A DNA stretch of 64,000 nucleotides from Mobula hypostoma (Eukaryota), in NCBI RefSeq assembly GCF_963921235.1, contig NC_086107.1:93374001-93438000 (forward strand). Reading direction: 5' to 3'. Shown here piece by piece: positions 1 through 11,700 of the stretch (position 1 is the stretch's first letter; each line of letters begins with the position of its first letter). Both the position numbers and the translations under genes were made by a program. A model generated the notes under the pieces. It saw only the letters and a program-made list of their open reading frames with translations. It was not told the DNA's origin and did no database searches.

Positions 1-732
1 GATAGACTTTGGTGTTGGTATGGACAACTTGAGCTGAAGGGCCTGTTTGCATCTACAACCTTGGCAACCTCAGAAGAGGGGGAGCACAGACCGGATGCCA
101 GAACTTACCTGTCGCTTGAGAGAAACAGAGTTACTAGGTGTGGAGATGATGTGTTAGGTGTCAGCTCTCTGAACATCTTCAGAAGAAGCCAGAAATGGAG
201 ATGCAATTGAGAGAAATCCTAGCCTCACACCCTACACCCCCCCCCACCTCCCCTTCACACACTCTGGTCACTTCACCAGCCTGGTCATTACCAAATTCAT
301 CCCCCCAGTCAAAACTTCACACCATCTTAAAAGTTTCTTCCCCCAAGCAGTTAATCTATTCAACCATTCTGTAAACATCACTATAAAATCACTTTTTGTA
401 ACATTGCTTGCATTGTAAATACATGCTGGTGTTTATGTTTTTACGCACATTTTATTCCAATCCATACTTAAACCTCAAACCTTATTTTTATATGATTCTT
501 TATTTTTTATAACTGTTAAGTGTTGTTTTTGTTGCATGCTGTGCCCTCACCAACACACCACAGCAAATTCCTAACACAAGTAAAAGTATATAGTGAGTAA
601 AGTTCCGTAATTCTTTGAAGAATAAGAACTCGTGTCAATGACAGGGTTTCCAATTCCTGGTAGGATCATTGTAAGTTCCCATACTTCCAAAGACTATTCC
701 CATGGCACTTGCACTGTTGGTCCTTCAATACA

Positions 733-1545
733 ATCCAATTCAATTCAAATCTAGATGTCATTCAACCATACATGAATACTCATGAATACAACCAAACGAG
801 ATAGCATCACTCCAGGGTTAAGGTGCAAAACACAGTACCAACAGTCATACACAGCACAAAGCACGCATAGCACATGCAAGATAGCAAGCACATATAAGGC
901 GTCAGTAAAATGCAGCCACGCAAAAAAGGACTCCAGGTCCTGAGTCCACGAACGTGCAGAAATCTGCAGACGACCACAATATAGCTTGTCTTCTGCCAAG
1001 CAAGTACTGGGGAGCAGCACTGGCTCTAGCCTGGACGCTGCACCACACTGCCCCCAGTGGAGCGCACCAGCCTCGACGCCTCTCTCCTGGCAACTGTAAG
1101 CAAGTGACACCACGGCTTGAGGCCAAGTCCTCACTATAACTGAGATCATGCAGGTCCTCCATCGTCCGCCTCTGCTGTCTGCCAACAAATCAGTGAATCA
1201 GACTTGCAGCATTCCACACTAGCAATGTCCAAAAGGGTCTTGCGGTCACACAAAAAGTGACTGAGATGGTCACCCGCTTTTAGATTGTCTGCCTCCTTTA
1301 TGGACAGACTCCTCCGAAGCCTCTCTGATGCAAGTAGCAGCAGAATATGCACCAAGCCCATCTCCATCGGTTTCTCCGCCGAAGAGCAACTCGCTGACGG
1401 GGTAGACCTGCGGTACTTTCAGTTCTTAATGTCCAGCAGGGTCTTGCGATCATATAGAAATACATTTAAAAAGGGCGGTAGCACCCTTTGTTGACCCTGT
1501 AAGAAGTCACTGTGATCAAAGGCAACATCATGTTACCGGAAGTTG
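733..1545 (-). mobile_element. Non-autonomous Rex1-like retroposon (non-coding)
   Basis: (TTGAA)n-type tail on minus at 733-750; minus-strand start ACTTCCGGTAACATG near 1545; no credible ORF. Confidence 0.45.
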
Positions 1546-1744
1546 ACCTGACTTGACTTCCCAAACCAATATGAAAGCAAAAAGATTCTTTGTTACATTA
1601 TTGGTTGAATTCTTCACTCTGAGGGAAGTAAATATTTTTATCCCAAACTCCAATCTTTCAACAATATATCTGAAACCATTCGAAGAAAATGAACAACAGC
1701 ATTCAACATTTAGCTTGTTCTCTCCAGTGGAATATTTGTATTTC

Positions 1745-2425
1745 AATGCCACAGACAGTGGAGGCCAAGTGATTGGGTATATTTAAAGCGGAGGTGGATA
1801 TGTTCTTGATTGGTAAGGGTAACAAAGATTACAGGGAGAAGGCAGGATAACGGGGTTGAGAAGGGAACCCTACCAAGGATTGTGAGGACTGCTGAGATGA
1901 TTATCAGCGTCTCTCTTCCACCCATTCGAGATATTTATCAGGAGTATAACAATGCATACGCAGGGCCCATAGCATAGTCAATGATCCCTCCTATCTGTCC
2001 AGCAATTTCTTTGTCCTCCTACCATGAGGCAGAAGGTATCATAGCATTAGGACAAGGACTGCTGGGATTGGAAACAGCTTCCTCCTCCAGGCTATAAGAC
2101 TACTGAACTCCCTGCCAAGGCCCAGGACTCAGCATGTATGAAGCGCCAATACAGTTATAAAGTTTATTTTTTGACTTGTGCCATAAGTTCATCTTATTAT
2201 TTGTTAATTTACTTGCGGTAATGTTACTTTATGTGCTGTGTGTGAGTTACATGTACTGTGTTGTGCATCTTGGTCCAGAGGAATGTTGTTTCATTTGACG
2301 GTATACTGTTGAATTTACACTTTAACTTGAAATTGAAAATAAATTAGCCACGCTGGAATGGTGGAGCAGACGTGATTGGCCAAATGGCCTTATTCTGCTT
2401 CACTGTGTTATGGTTTTATGGTTCT
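1745..2425 (+). mobile_element. CR1 3' fragment interrupted by a Rex1 3' fragment (about 1866-2332)
   Basis: CR1 3' sequence (GTGGAGGCCAAG...GGGGTTGAGAAGG) stops near 1865 and resumes at 2333 (AAAATAAATTAGCC...TTATGG tail); the insert has the Rex1 3' motif AACAGCTTCCTCCTCCAGGC. Confidence 0.65.
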
Positions 2426-2581
2426 TGTAATTATTTTTATTTCCTGTGGACTCCAGGGCAACCCTGAACAATCTCCTGCAGAGCAATAGGGTAACGGAGA
2501 CCTCTTCCTTGAGATTCCACCCTTTCTAACTGGCTTCTCATTTGCAGCGCTTTGGAAGAATGAATGGGGATAAAGAACTTG

Positions 2582-3096
2582 TACAAGTAGTGGCCACTTT
2601 ATTAGGTACACCTGTTGGATAATGCAAATATCTCATCAACCAATTATGTGGCAGCAACTCAATGCATAAAAGCATGTCAACATGGTCAAGATGTTCAGAC
2701 CAAACGTCAGAATGGGTAAGCATTGTGATCTAAGTACCTTTGACTGTGGAATGGTTGTTGGTGCCAGATGGGGTGGTTTGAGTATCTCAGAAACTGCTGA
2801 TCTCCTGAGATTTTCACAAACAACAGTCTCTAAAGTTTACAGAGGCTGGTTCAAAGAACAAAAATAAAATCCAGTGAGTGGCAGTTCTGTGGGTGAAAAT
2901 GCCTGATTAATGAGAATGACCACACTGGCTGAAGCTGACAGGAAGACAACAGTAACTTAAATAACCATGTGCTGCAACAGTGATGTGTAGAAGAGCATCT
3001 CTGAACACACAACAGATCAAGCTACAGCAGCAGAAGACCACAGCCATTACACTCTATTATGTACAGGAGGTATCTAATAAAATGGCCACTGAGTGT
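2582..3096 (+). mobile_element. Internally deleted Tc1-family DNA transposon
   Basis: TIRs AGTGGCCACTTTATTAGGTAC / ATCTAATAAAATGGCCACTGAGTG; encodes a Tc1 N-terminal HTH remnant MGKHCDLSTFDCGMVVGARWGGLSISETADLLRFSQTTVSKVYR. Confidence 0.85.
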
Positions 3097-3369
3097 GCAC
3101 TCATCAGTCATTTAAGGCTTCTTCCCACAGAAGGTGGTGAATCTTTGGAACTCTATAGCCCAGATCACTGTGGGAGCAATTGACTGGTGAATTAGATTGT
3201 GGGGAAGTTCAGGGAATCGAATGCTATATCACACTGGCCAAAAGAGATGAGTCCTGAGCATATCAGCCATGATCATGTTGAATGGTCTACTCCTGGTCCT
3301 ACTTTCTCATGTTTACAAAATCCCAAAGAATCTTTTTAGCTCATGAAGCAATCTTATACGTAGTATCTC

Positions 3370-3765
3370 TGGGCCGGCATTTGGGACCGTCCAGAGGAAT
3401 GGGCTGGGGTACATTTCATTGAAACCTACTGGACACTGACATGCCTGGATATAGTGGTCATGGAGAGGATATCTCCATCAGTTCTCAATAGCGGGATCAA
3501 AATAAAGGGATGTCAAAAGATAAAGAGGAATTTCTTCAGCCAGAGCATGATGAACCTGTGGAATTTGTTTCCACATTGGGGAGTGGAGATCATGCTTTTA
3601 GGTGCATTTATTCAGGGATTGATTGGCTCCTGATTGGTAAGGGGGTTAAGGATTACAAGGAGAAGATAGGAGAAAAAGGTTGAGAAACAAAAAGAATCAT
3701 TGGTGAATGGTGGAGCAGACGGAATGGGCTGAGTGGCCTAATTCTGCTGCCATATCTTATGGAAA
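3370..3765 (+). mobile_element. Degraded CR1 3' fragment
   Basis: Matches other CR1 3' ends in the window (GAGGAATTTCTTCAGCCAGAG...GGCCTAATTCTGCT...TCTTATG). Confidence 0.7.
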
Positions 3766-4059
3766 ATCAGCAGGATGTTAAGATGAATCCTTGACCTCAC
3801 AATCTACCTCGTTATGATTTTTCCCTTTAGTGCTTACCTGCACTGCACTCTCTCTGTAGCTGTTGCACTTTATTCTGCATTCTGTTATTGTTTTACCTTG
3901 TTCTACCTCAATGCACTGTGTAATGATTTGATCTGTATGAACAGTATGCAAGACAAACTTTTCACTGTACATTGGTACCTGTGAATAATAATAAAACAAG
4001 CCAAACCAGCTGATTCTCACATAGGAAGCTAGATTCAGCATCTGCCTATCTACAATCAT

Positions 4060-4270
4060 CCCTTTTTTCAGTGTTGTGAGGGATAAGTATTGAGCAAGAT
4101 ACCTGAGGTAAGTCTGTACACTTCTTGACTTGGTCCCTGGGGATATTTTGCATCGGCTTATGAGGGAATATTCTCATCGAAACACCAGCAACTTCAACAC
4201 TCTCGTGCCCATCAATAATTCAGTGTCTGTCTCCAGAGTAGGTTAAACCCACTCCCCTATTGACTGAGAA
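4060..4270 (-). mobile_element. Ancient Deu-domain SINE (SacSINE1/AmnSINE1-like), degraded
   Basis: GAGGGATAAGTATTG...GGGATATTTTGCATC...CTCATCGAAA...TCTCCAGAGTAGGTTAAACCCAC resembles, from memory, the reverse complement of the Deu domain plus tRNA head; a second copy lies near 46420. Confidence 0.5.
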
Positions 4271-4338
4271 TCTGAATCAGGTTAAGTATCACTGACCTAT
4301 AGTATGTCTTGAAATTTGTTGCTTTGTTGCAGCAGGAC

Positions 4339-4565
4339 TCTGGAATTCTTTGCCCAATGAAGCTGTGGAGGCTACCTCAGTAAATATGTATATTTAAGAT
4401 AAGGTTGGATAGATTTTTGCATAGTGGGGAAATTAAGGGTTATGGGTAAAAGGCAGGTAGGTGGAGATGGGTTCATGGTCAGATCAGCCATGATCTTATT
4501 GAATGGCGGAGCAGGCTTGACGGGCCAGATGACCTACTCCTGCTCCTATTTCTTATGTTCTTATG
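4339..4565 (+). mobile_element. CR1 3' end inserted in a Rex1 tail
   Basis: Typical CR1 3' UTR with (TTCTTATG)n tail; near-identical inverted copy at 18235-18450. Confidence 0.8.
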
Positions 4566-5029
4566 TACATAAAATACACTATAAATTATAGTAAGAAATA
4601 TATGATCTGCTGTGTGTTTCTGCCCCACTGGTGTGATGAACTGAAGACCGAGATTTTGGGCCTACACTGAATGCTCTGAGACTCATTCTGGTCCAGGATG
4701 CTGTTAACTTGCTTCTACCATTTGAGGGTATATATATATCCCTCACCCTCTCCTTCTCCCTCTCCCTCTCCCTTTGTGTGTGTGTGTATATATATATATT
4801 TATATCTCTCTCTATATCTCTCTCTATCTCTCTTCCCAACCCCACCCCCCGGAGTGGTTTTTGGTCTTTTTTCATTCGGTTATTCGGATCTCTTGCTTCC
4901 TGGCTGCCTGTAAACAGACAAATTTCAAGGTGTATAATTTATACATTCATTGATAATAGAGGTGCTTTGAACCTTTGGGTCTTTGAATCTTTTGAATATT
5001 AAAAAAATTAAATAAATAGTGAAAAAAGA

Positions 5030-6270
5030 GAGCAAAAATAGCGAAGTAGTGTTCATGGGTTCATTGACCGTTCAGAAATCTGATGGCGGAGGACAAGTAG
5101 CTCGACCTGAAAGAATTGTACTCCTGTACCTCCTCCCTGAGGGTAGTAATGAGAAGAGGGCATATCGTGGGTAGTGGGGGATGCTATCTTTTCGAGGTAT
5201 CACCCCAAACAGTCCTTCCAGGTGAGGCAACACTTCACCAGCGGATCTGCTGGGGTCGTCTATTGTGTTCGGTGCTCCCGAAGCCGCCTCTTCTGCATTG
5301 GTGAGACCCGTTGTTAATTGGGAGACCACTTCGTCGAGCACCTCTGCACCATTCACCAAAAGTGGAACTTCTCGGTGGCCAAACGTGTTAATTCCCATGC
5401 TGAAATGTCGGAACATGACCTTCTCTTGTGCCAAGATGAGGCCACCCTCAGGGTGGAGGAGCAACACCTTATATTCTGTTCAGGTAGCCTCCAACCTGAT
5501 GGCATGAATATTGATTTCTTCTTCCAGTTAAAAAAAAATTCCCTCCCTCTCCCCTCTTCTATTCCCCACTCTGGTCTCTTACCTCTCCTTACCTACCTGT
5601 CTCCTCCCCCTGGGTCCTCTCCTTCCCTTTCCCCCATGGTTGACTCTCCTCTCCCATCAGATTCCTTCCTCTCCAGCCTTTTACCTTTCCTACCAGCCTG
5701 GCTTTACCTATCTCCTTCTAGATATCCTCCTTCCCCTTCCCCCAGCTTTTTACTCTGGCATCTTCCCCCCCTTTTGTCTCCAGTCCTGAAGAAGGGTCTC
5801 TGCCTGAAATGTCGACTGTTTATTCATTTCCATAGATTCTGCCTGGCCTGCTGATCTCCTCCAGCACTTTGCTTGTTCTGCCTTTTGAAGATGCCCTTGA
5901 TGGTGGAGATTCTAGTGCCCATGATGGATTGGCTGAATTTACCACCCTCTGCAGCTTTTTCCAGTCCTGTGCTGTACCAGATGGTGGAGCGAGCAGTGGG
6001 ATCGCTCTCCATGGTGCATCTGTAGAAATTTGCTAGATTCTTTGGTGTCATTCCAAGGCTCCTCAAACTCCTAATGAAATACAGCTGCTGGCATGCCTCC
6101 TTCCTAATTGCATCACTATATTGGGCTCAGGATAGATTTTCAGCCACGATCTATCCTGAACTTGAACTCTATTCTTCACCCAGGAACTTGAAACTGCTGT
6201 TCCTTCAATGAGCACCTGTGTCTATTCCCTTAACCACCCCTTCCTGAAGTCCACAATCAATTCTTTCCTC
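5030..6270 (-). mobile_element. Rex1/Babar LINE 3' fragment, split by a Penelope insertion
   Basis: Minus ORFs LRSLGMTPKNLANFYRCTMES and YALFSLLPSGRRYRS. The uninterrupted junction GAAGCATC|GCCTTTTGAAGATG is visible in the copy near 18945. Confidence 0.8.
5201..5879 (+). mobile_element. Penelope-like element 3' fragment (GIY-YIG C-terminus plus terminal repeat with hammerhead motif at 5781-5818)
   Basis: GDHFVEHL...DEATLRVEEQHLIF..GSLQPDGMNIDF is homologous to the C-terminus of ORF 31816-33177. Confidence 0.85.
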
Positions 6271-7439
6271 TTATCACTTGGAAATGAGCCTTCTTACAGC
6301 TCACAATATTGCCGTGATTGGTTCTATTGCCTGCTCAGCATAGTAATGCGGGTTCCCATTTCATCCCACTACCTGAAGGGTGTTTCAGACAGCCCTTGTT
6401 GATTAGAATTGATCCGGTGACGCTGTTAAAAGGCAGCTCACTTCAGGCCACATCAACAAATGGTCACCAGGTGAGGAATTGAAAAGAATTATTCAGGCAG
6501 TGCACAGGACAGCTAGCAAGGGCAATGGAAAGCCCCCATTCAGCTCTGCAGAGATTGCAGGCTGCATCTTCTCATTAATATGAGCTTCACATGCCTGTGT
6601 GGCAGCCCTGTACAGCATACAAGACAGAATCAATTCCTCCCCTCCCCTCTTCTCTCTCACAAACCAGCATTGATCATTTTCTACACGGTCTGCCAAGGAC
6701 CCAGCTCGACATAAGCCCAGGATTCTGAGAACTGGACTGAATATCAGTATCAGCTATTTGAATTCAAATCAGGGAGGTGACATGTTGCAATAAAAAGGGC
6801 TTTGCTTCTTTGCACTGGCTGGGCCCAGTATATCTGGTCCCTCGAGAGGCAAAGAAAGAGACCAGAGGCATGTTTAATGGGAGGAGAGGAGGGGGAGCTT
6901 GGGAGGGTGAGAGGAAGGAGGGTGGAGAGAGCAGGAGGATAGAAGAAATATTCTTTAAAAAAACAGAGAATCTATAACAGAGGGTACAAACTATAAAATC
7001 AGTGTGGCATTTTTTTAAATGAAAAAGCCTGTTGTTTTTACTCCATATAATTATTAGGCTTCACCTAACATTGCCTCCTGGGAAAATCTCCCATTTCATT
7101 CATGGGTCGTTAATTACAAAGGAAATGCAGATTTTCTCAATGTTTTGATCTGAGCATATCTGAATTTTAACAGGGCAAATTTGCTCAGAGAAATTACTGT
7201 GCGTGATATTATAACTGTTTTACGTACATGGATAGAAATTCATCAGCCAAATTAACGGACTAATATTACACACACAGTTTTCTAACCCTTTAAGTTACAA
7301 TGTTGGCATTATATTTTATCGATACCCACGTACTAACCTTTATCTTCCCGTTCTGTGGTGCTCGAGTATAATAGTTAACATGGTTCTGCGGATGTCCCTC
7401 ACAATCATCTCCTTCAGTCCAATTCAGTCCAATCTAAAC

Positions 7440-7965
7440 CTTGAAAGGCTCAGATAGAGTGGACATAGTAAGGATGGTTCCTGCAGTAAGGGAGTCTAGG
7501 ATCAGAGAGCACAGATTCAGAATTTTATTTACTTATTTAGACACCTTGCACAGACAGATCACCAACGAGCTGCAACCACCTAGCAACCTGCTTAGTTGTT
7601 ACCTGCCTATTCACAGGACAATTTATAATTAACAATTAGCCTATTAAACAGTACACCTCTGGATTGTGGGAGGTGAAGAAGGGCGCCCCTTTAGAAGAGA
7701 GATGAGGAGGAATTTCTTCAGCCACAATGTGGTGAATCTGTGGAATTCGTTGCCGCGGATGGTTGTGGAGGCCGAGTCTTTGGGTATATTTAAGGCTCAA
7801 GTTGACAGATTCTTGATTAGTAGGAGTGCCAAAGGTTACGGGGAGAAGGCAATAGAATGGGGCTGAGAGGCAGAATAAATGAGTCATGATGGAATGGCAG
7901 AGCAGATTTGATGGGCCAAATGTCCTAATTCTCCTCCTACGCCTTATGGTCTTATTCTGGTCTCT
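7440..7965 (+). mobile_element. CR1 3' fragment with an inserted V-SINE 3' half (about 7522-7672, minus)
   Basis: RREMRRNFFSHNVVNLWNSLPRMVVEAESLGIFK is the CR1 ORF2 C-terminus. Confidence 0.75.
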
Positions 7966-7984
7966 TGATCAGTCCATATTTCTA

Positions 7985-8210
7985 TCAACAACACACAAGG
8001 TACTGGAGGAACTCAGTGGGTCAGGCAGCATCTGCGGAGAGAAATGTTCATATGATGTTTCACACTGAGACCCTTAATCAGTTCAGATGAAGGGTCTCAG
8101 CCCGAAACATTAACTGTCTGTTTCCTTCCACAGATGCTGCCTGATCTTCTGAGTTCTTCCAGTATCTTCTCTTTTCCAGATTCTGGCATATGCAGTCTCT
8201 TGTGTCTCCA
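7985..8210. mobile_element. Head-to-head pair of Penelope terminal-repeat fragments
   Basis: Minus copy 7985-8081 and plus copy 8082-8210 are inverted about CCCTTAATCAG|TTCAGATGAAGGG. Confidence 0.75.
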
Positions 8211-8344
8211 GACTTCCAACACTACATCATCAGTGGCACTGTCTTCATCAGTTAAGGTCCTGAGCTCTAGAATTCTCTTGCTAGGTGTCACCACCTCTTT
8301 ACTTTTCTCGTCACTGTTAAGATGCTCGTCAAAACCTGCTTCTT

Positions 8345-8480
8345 TAAGTCCTGATGAAGGGTCTTGGCCTGAAGCGTCAGCTGCGTGTTCCCCTCCGTAA
8401 ATACTACCTGACTTACTGAGTTCCTCCAGCATTTGTCAGCGTTGCTCAAAATCTCCAGCATCTAAGGAACTGGTTGTGTT
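8345..8480 (+). mobile_element. Short Penelope terminal-repeat copy beginning at the hammerhead motif
   Basis: AGTCCTGATGAAGGGTCTTGGCCTGAAGCGTC...CTGAGTTCCTCCAGCA. Confidence 0.75.
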
Positions 8481-8504
8481 TATTCTTTGGTCAAGCATTT
8501 ACTT

Positions 8505-8830
8505 AGAAAAGATTAGCTTTATCTGATCACTTTTACATCAAAACTTACAGTGAAATGTGTTGTTTATGTCAACAACCAAAGCACTCTGAGAATATACCGG
8601 GGCAGCCCACAATTGTTGCCTCACATTCTGGCGTCTACATAGCATGCCCACAACTTACTAACCCGAAACTGTAAGCCTGTGGAATGGGGGAGGAAACCAG
8701 AGCACCCAAAGAAAACCCACACGATCAAGAGGAGAATGTACAAACTCCTTCCAAACAGCGTCAGGAATTGAACCCCAATCGCTGATTGTCGGCGCTGTAA
8801 GGCAAAACATTAGCTGCAATGCTACCATGA
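8505..8830 (-). mobile_element. V-SINE (tRNA head, V domain) with Rex1-like tail
   Basis: B-box reverse complement GGAATTGAACC near 8765; V-domain GGAGGAAACCAGAGCACCC; the tail matches 46750-46900 and 53680-53820. Confidence 0.75.
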
Positions 8831-8908
8831 CAGTCCTGTGGAGCCCAGCATCAAATTTTGTCTGATAAATTTCCTCATAAGAACCAGGAACGTTTTAAAG
8901 CTACAATG

Positions 8909-9473
8909 TACACTCAGTGTGCACTTTATTAAGTATCTCCTTTACCTTATAGAGTGGTCACTGAATGTATGTTCATTGTCTTCTGCTGATGTAGCCCTTC
9001 CACTTCAAGTTTCAATGTGTTGTGCATTCAGAGATGCTCTTCTGCACACCACTGCTGTAATATGTCATTATTTCAGTTACTGTCACCTTCCTGTCAGCTT
9101 GAACTAGTCTGGCCATTCTCTTCTGACCTCTCTCATTAGCAAGGCATTTTTGCCCACGGAACTGCCACTCACTAGATTTTTTTTTGTTTTCTGCACCACT
9201 TTCTGTAAACTCTAGACTGTTGTGCGTGAAAATCCCAGGAGATCAGTGGTTTCTTATATACTTGAACCACCCCTCTGGCACCAACAATCATTCCACGATC
9301 AAAGTCACTTAGATCACTTTCCTTCCCCACTCTGATGTTTGCTCTGAACAACAACTGAACCTCTTGACCACGTCTGCATGCTTTTATGCATTGAGTTGCT
9401 GCCGCATGATTGGCTGATTAGATCTTTGCGTTAGCCAGCAGGTGTACAGGTGTACCTAACAAAGTGGCCACTG
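8909..9473 (-). mobile_element. Internally deleted Tc1-family transposon, second copy
   Basis: Same TIRs; minus ORF GKESDLSDFDRGMIVGARG; TIR-TIR hairpin at 8909-8969. Confidence 0.85.
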
Positions 9474-9547
9474 TTAATATATAAACTATTGTTATTAGAT
9501 AGAAATGTCCACCTACTCCTGCATTCAGTCGAGATGTCAAGAGGGAA

Positions 9548-10230
9548 ATGGAGTCATACAGCATGGAAATAGGTCCTTCAGCTCACCAAGATTCCCATCT
9601 AAGCCAGTCCCATTTGCCTGTGTATGGCCCATATCTCTCCAAACCTCTTCTATCTAAGTATCTCTCCAAGTGTTGTTCAATAGTGCAGCACAACAGCATA
9701 GTGATTAGCACAATGCTTTACATTACAGGCGACCGTGGTTCAGTTCCCCGCCACTGCCTGTAAGGAGTTTGTACGTTCTCCCCGTGACCACATGGGTTTC
9801 CTCCGGGTGCTCTGGTTTCCTCCCACAGTCCAAAGGCATACCGGTTGATAGGTTAGTCGGTCAGTGTAAATTGCCCCATGATTAGGCTGGGGTTAACTAG
9901 GAGGATTGCTGGGTGGTGTGGCTCGAAGGACCTGAAAGGCCTATTCTGCGCTGTATCTCAATAAATAAAAATGACGTTAGCATGGCTGCCTCAACCACTT
10001 CCTGGAAGCTCGTTCCTTGTACTGATTACCCTCGGCGTGAAAAATTTAACCCTCAGGTTTCTGCTAAATCTCCCCCTCACCATAACCTCTGCCTTTTAGT
10101 TCTTGATTCCTCAACCAGAGAAAAATTCTGCACGCAATCCACCTTATCTAACCCCTCATGGTTTTATACAGCTTTGTAAGATTTCCCCCCAGACTCGTAT
10201 ATTCCAGTGAATAAAGTCCTACCCGCCCAT
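9548..10230 (-). mobile_element. Degraded CR1 3' fragment (host of a V-SINE)
   Basis: Reverse-complement CR1 3' UTR on both sides of the SINE. Confidence 0.65.
9685..9970 (+). mobile_element. V-SINE (HE1-like) with CR1-derived tail
   Basis: tRNA-like head with GGTTCAGTTCC B-box; V-domain GGGTTTCCTCCGGGTGCTCTGGTTTCCTCCCACAGTCCAAAG; CR1-type end GAAAGGCCTATTCTGCGCTGTATCTC plus (TAAA)n. Confidence 0.85.
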
Positions 10231-10509
10231 TGTCTCGTCATTGCTCAGTACCTCGAGCCCAGACAGTATGCTTATAAATTAAGGGCTTTCACAGTTGCAC
10301 AATCTGTCCACCATAAACACCTCATAACTTGCCTAGGCAGCAAGTTGAAACAGGAAGCATTTGCTCAACTCCAAGTACCTGTCTCCAAGCTACGTTTAGT
10401 TCCAGTAGTCATGGGGCAGTTCAGAGATTTGAAAACTAGAGTTCCATAATTAAATTACTAACTGTCCATTGCACTGCTAGCAGTTAGGGAACCCTTTTGC
10501 CAATCAACT

Positions 10510-10740
10510 TACCAGCTCTTGGCTCCATCCCTCCCCCTCCTGTCTTCTCCTATCATTTTGGATCTCCCCCTCCCCCTCCCACTTTCAAATCCCTTACTGT
10601 CTCTTCTTTCAGTTAGTCCTGACGAAGGGTCTCGGCCTGAAACGTCGACTGTACCTCTTCCTATAGATGCTGTCTGGTCTGCTGCGTTCACCAGCATTCT
10701 GTGTGTGTTGTTTGAAATTCCAGCATCTCCTCGTGTTTGT
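10510..10740 (+). mobile_element. Penelope terminal-repeat fragment with intact hammerhead core (10615-10651)
   Basis: Near-identical to 33365-33590; contains AGTCCTGACGAAGGGTCTCGGCCTGAAACGTCGACTG. Confidence 0.9.
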
Positions 10741-10884
10741 GTATCAATTTGTGAAACAGATTTCTGCAGTACCTTTTGCGCCTATTCAGAAATCCCAAAG
10801 GAATCGCAAACAGCTGAGCTGATAAAAGTCCTCCCAGTTCAGGTGAAATTCTGTCTCCCTATTGGTCATCACTTCATTGTGGTT

Positions 10885-11210
10885 CGAGTCATAGAGCAAT
10901 GCAGCAGCAATACAGGCCCTTCGGCCCGACCAATCCATGCTGACCATGGTGCCCACCCAGCCATTCCCAATTTCCTGCGTTCGGCCCATATCCCTCCCAG
11001 CCCTGTCCCTCCATCAACCTATCCAAGTATTTCATAAATGATACTATTGTACCTGCCTCAACCAATTCCTCTGACAGCTCGTTCCATATATTCACCACCC
11101 TCTATGAGAAAACATTCCCTTTCAGGTTAAATCTTTCCCATCTCACCGTAATCCTATGGCCCCAAGTGTTGGATTCCCCTCCCCTGGGGAAAAGACTGTG
11201 ACGACCCACC
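10885..11210 (-). mobile_element. CR1 3' fragment
   Basis: Minus ORF MVNIWNELSEELVEAGTIVSFMKYLDR. Confidence 0.75.
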
Positions 11211-11214
11211 TTGT

Positions 11215-11700
11215 TGCCCCTTCCTCACATCTCTATCTGTTTGCTGCTTCATCTCAGTTTCCATGTCTCTCTCTCCCCACCTCTTTCTCTCTCTCCCTAC
11301 CCAAATGACATTATACCTCATGCATGTTCTCAATATCTCTTCTCTTTCTCACCCTATTATTGCTTTTTCTCTCCTCCATCACAGCTCTCTGACCTTGTCT
11401 GTGTCTCTCTGTTGCTCCCGCTCCCTCTATACGTACTCTATTTCTCCTGAATGTCCCACAGTCCCTCTCTCCTCTCTCTCTCGCTCTCTCTCTATCTATT
11501 TATCTTGGTGGACACACTATTTCACTCTCTCTCTCTCTCTCCCCCCTGCCTCCCTCCCTCCCTCTCTCTCTCTATCTATCTTGGTGGACACATTATTTAA
11601 CATTCCCTGTCACTCTCTCTCACTCTCTCTCCCTCCCTCTCTCTCTCCCCCTCTGTATCTCTCTCTTCTCTCTTTCTCTATCTCTCTCTCTCTCCCTCAC
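11215..11700. repeat. CT-rich low-complexity tract
   Basis: (CT)n runs with a duplicated TCTATCTA..TCTTGGTGGACAC unit. Confidence 0.85.
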
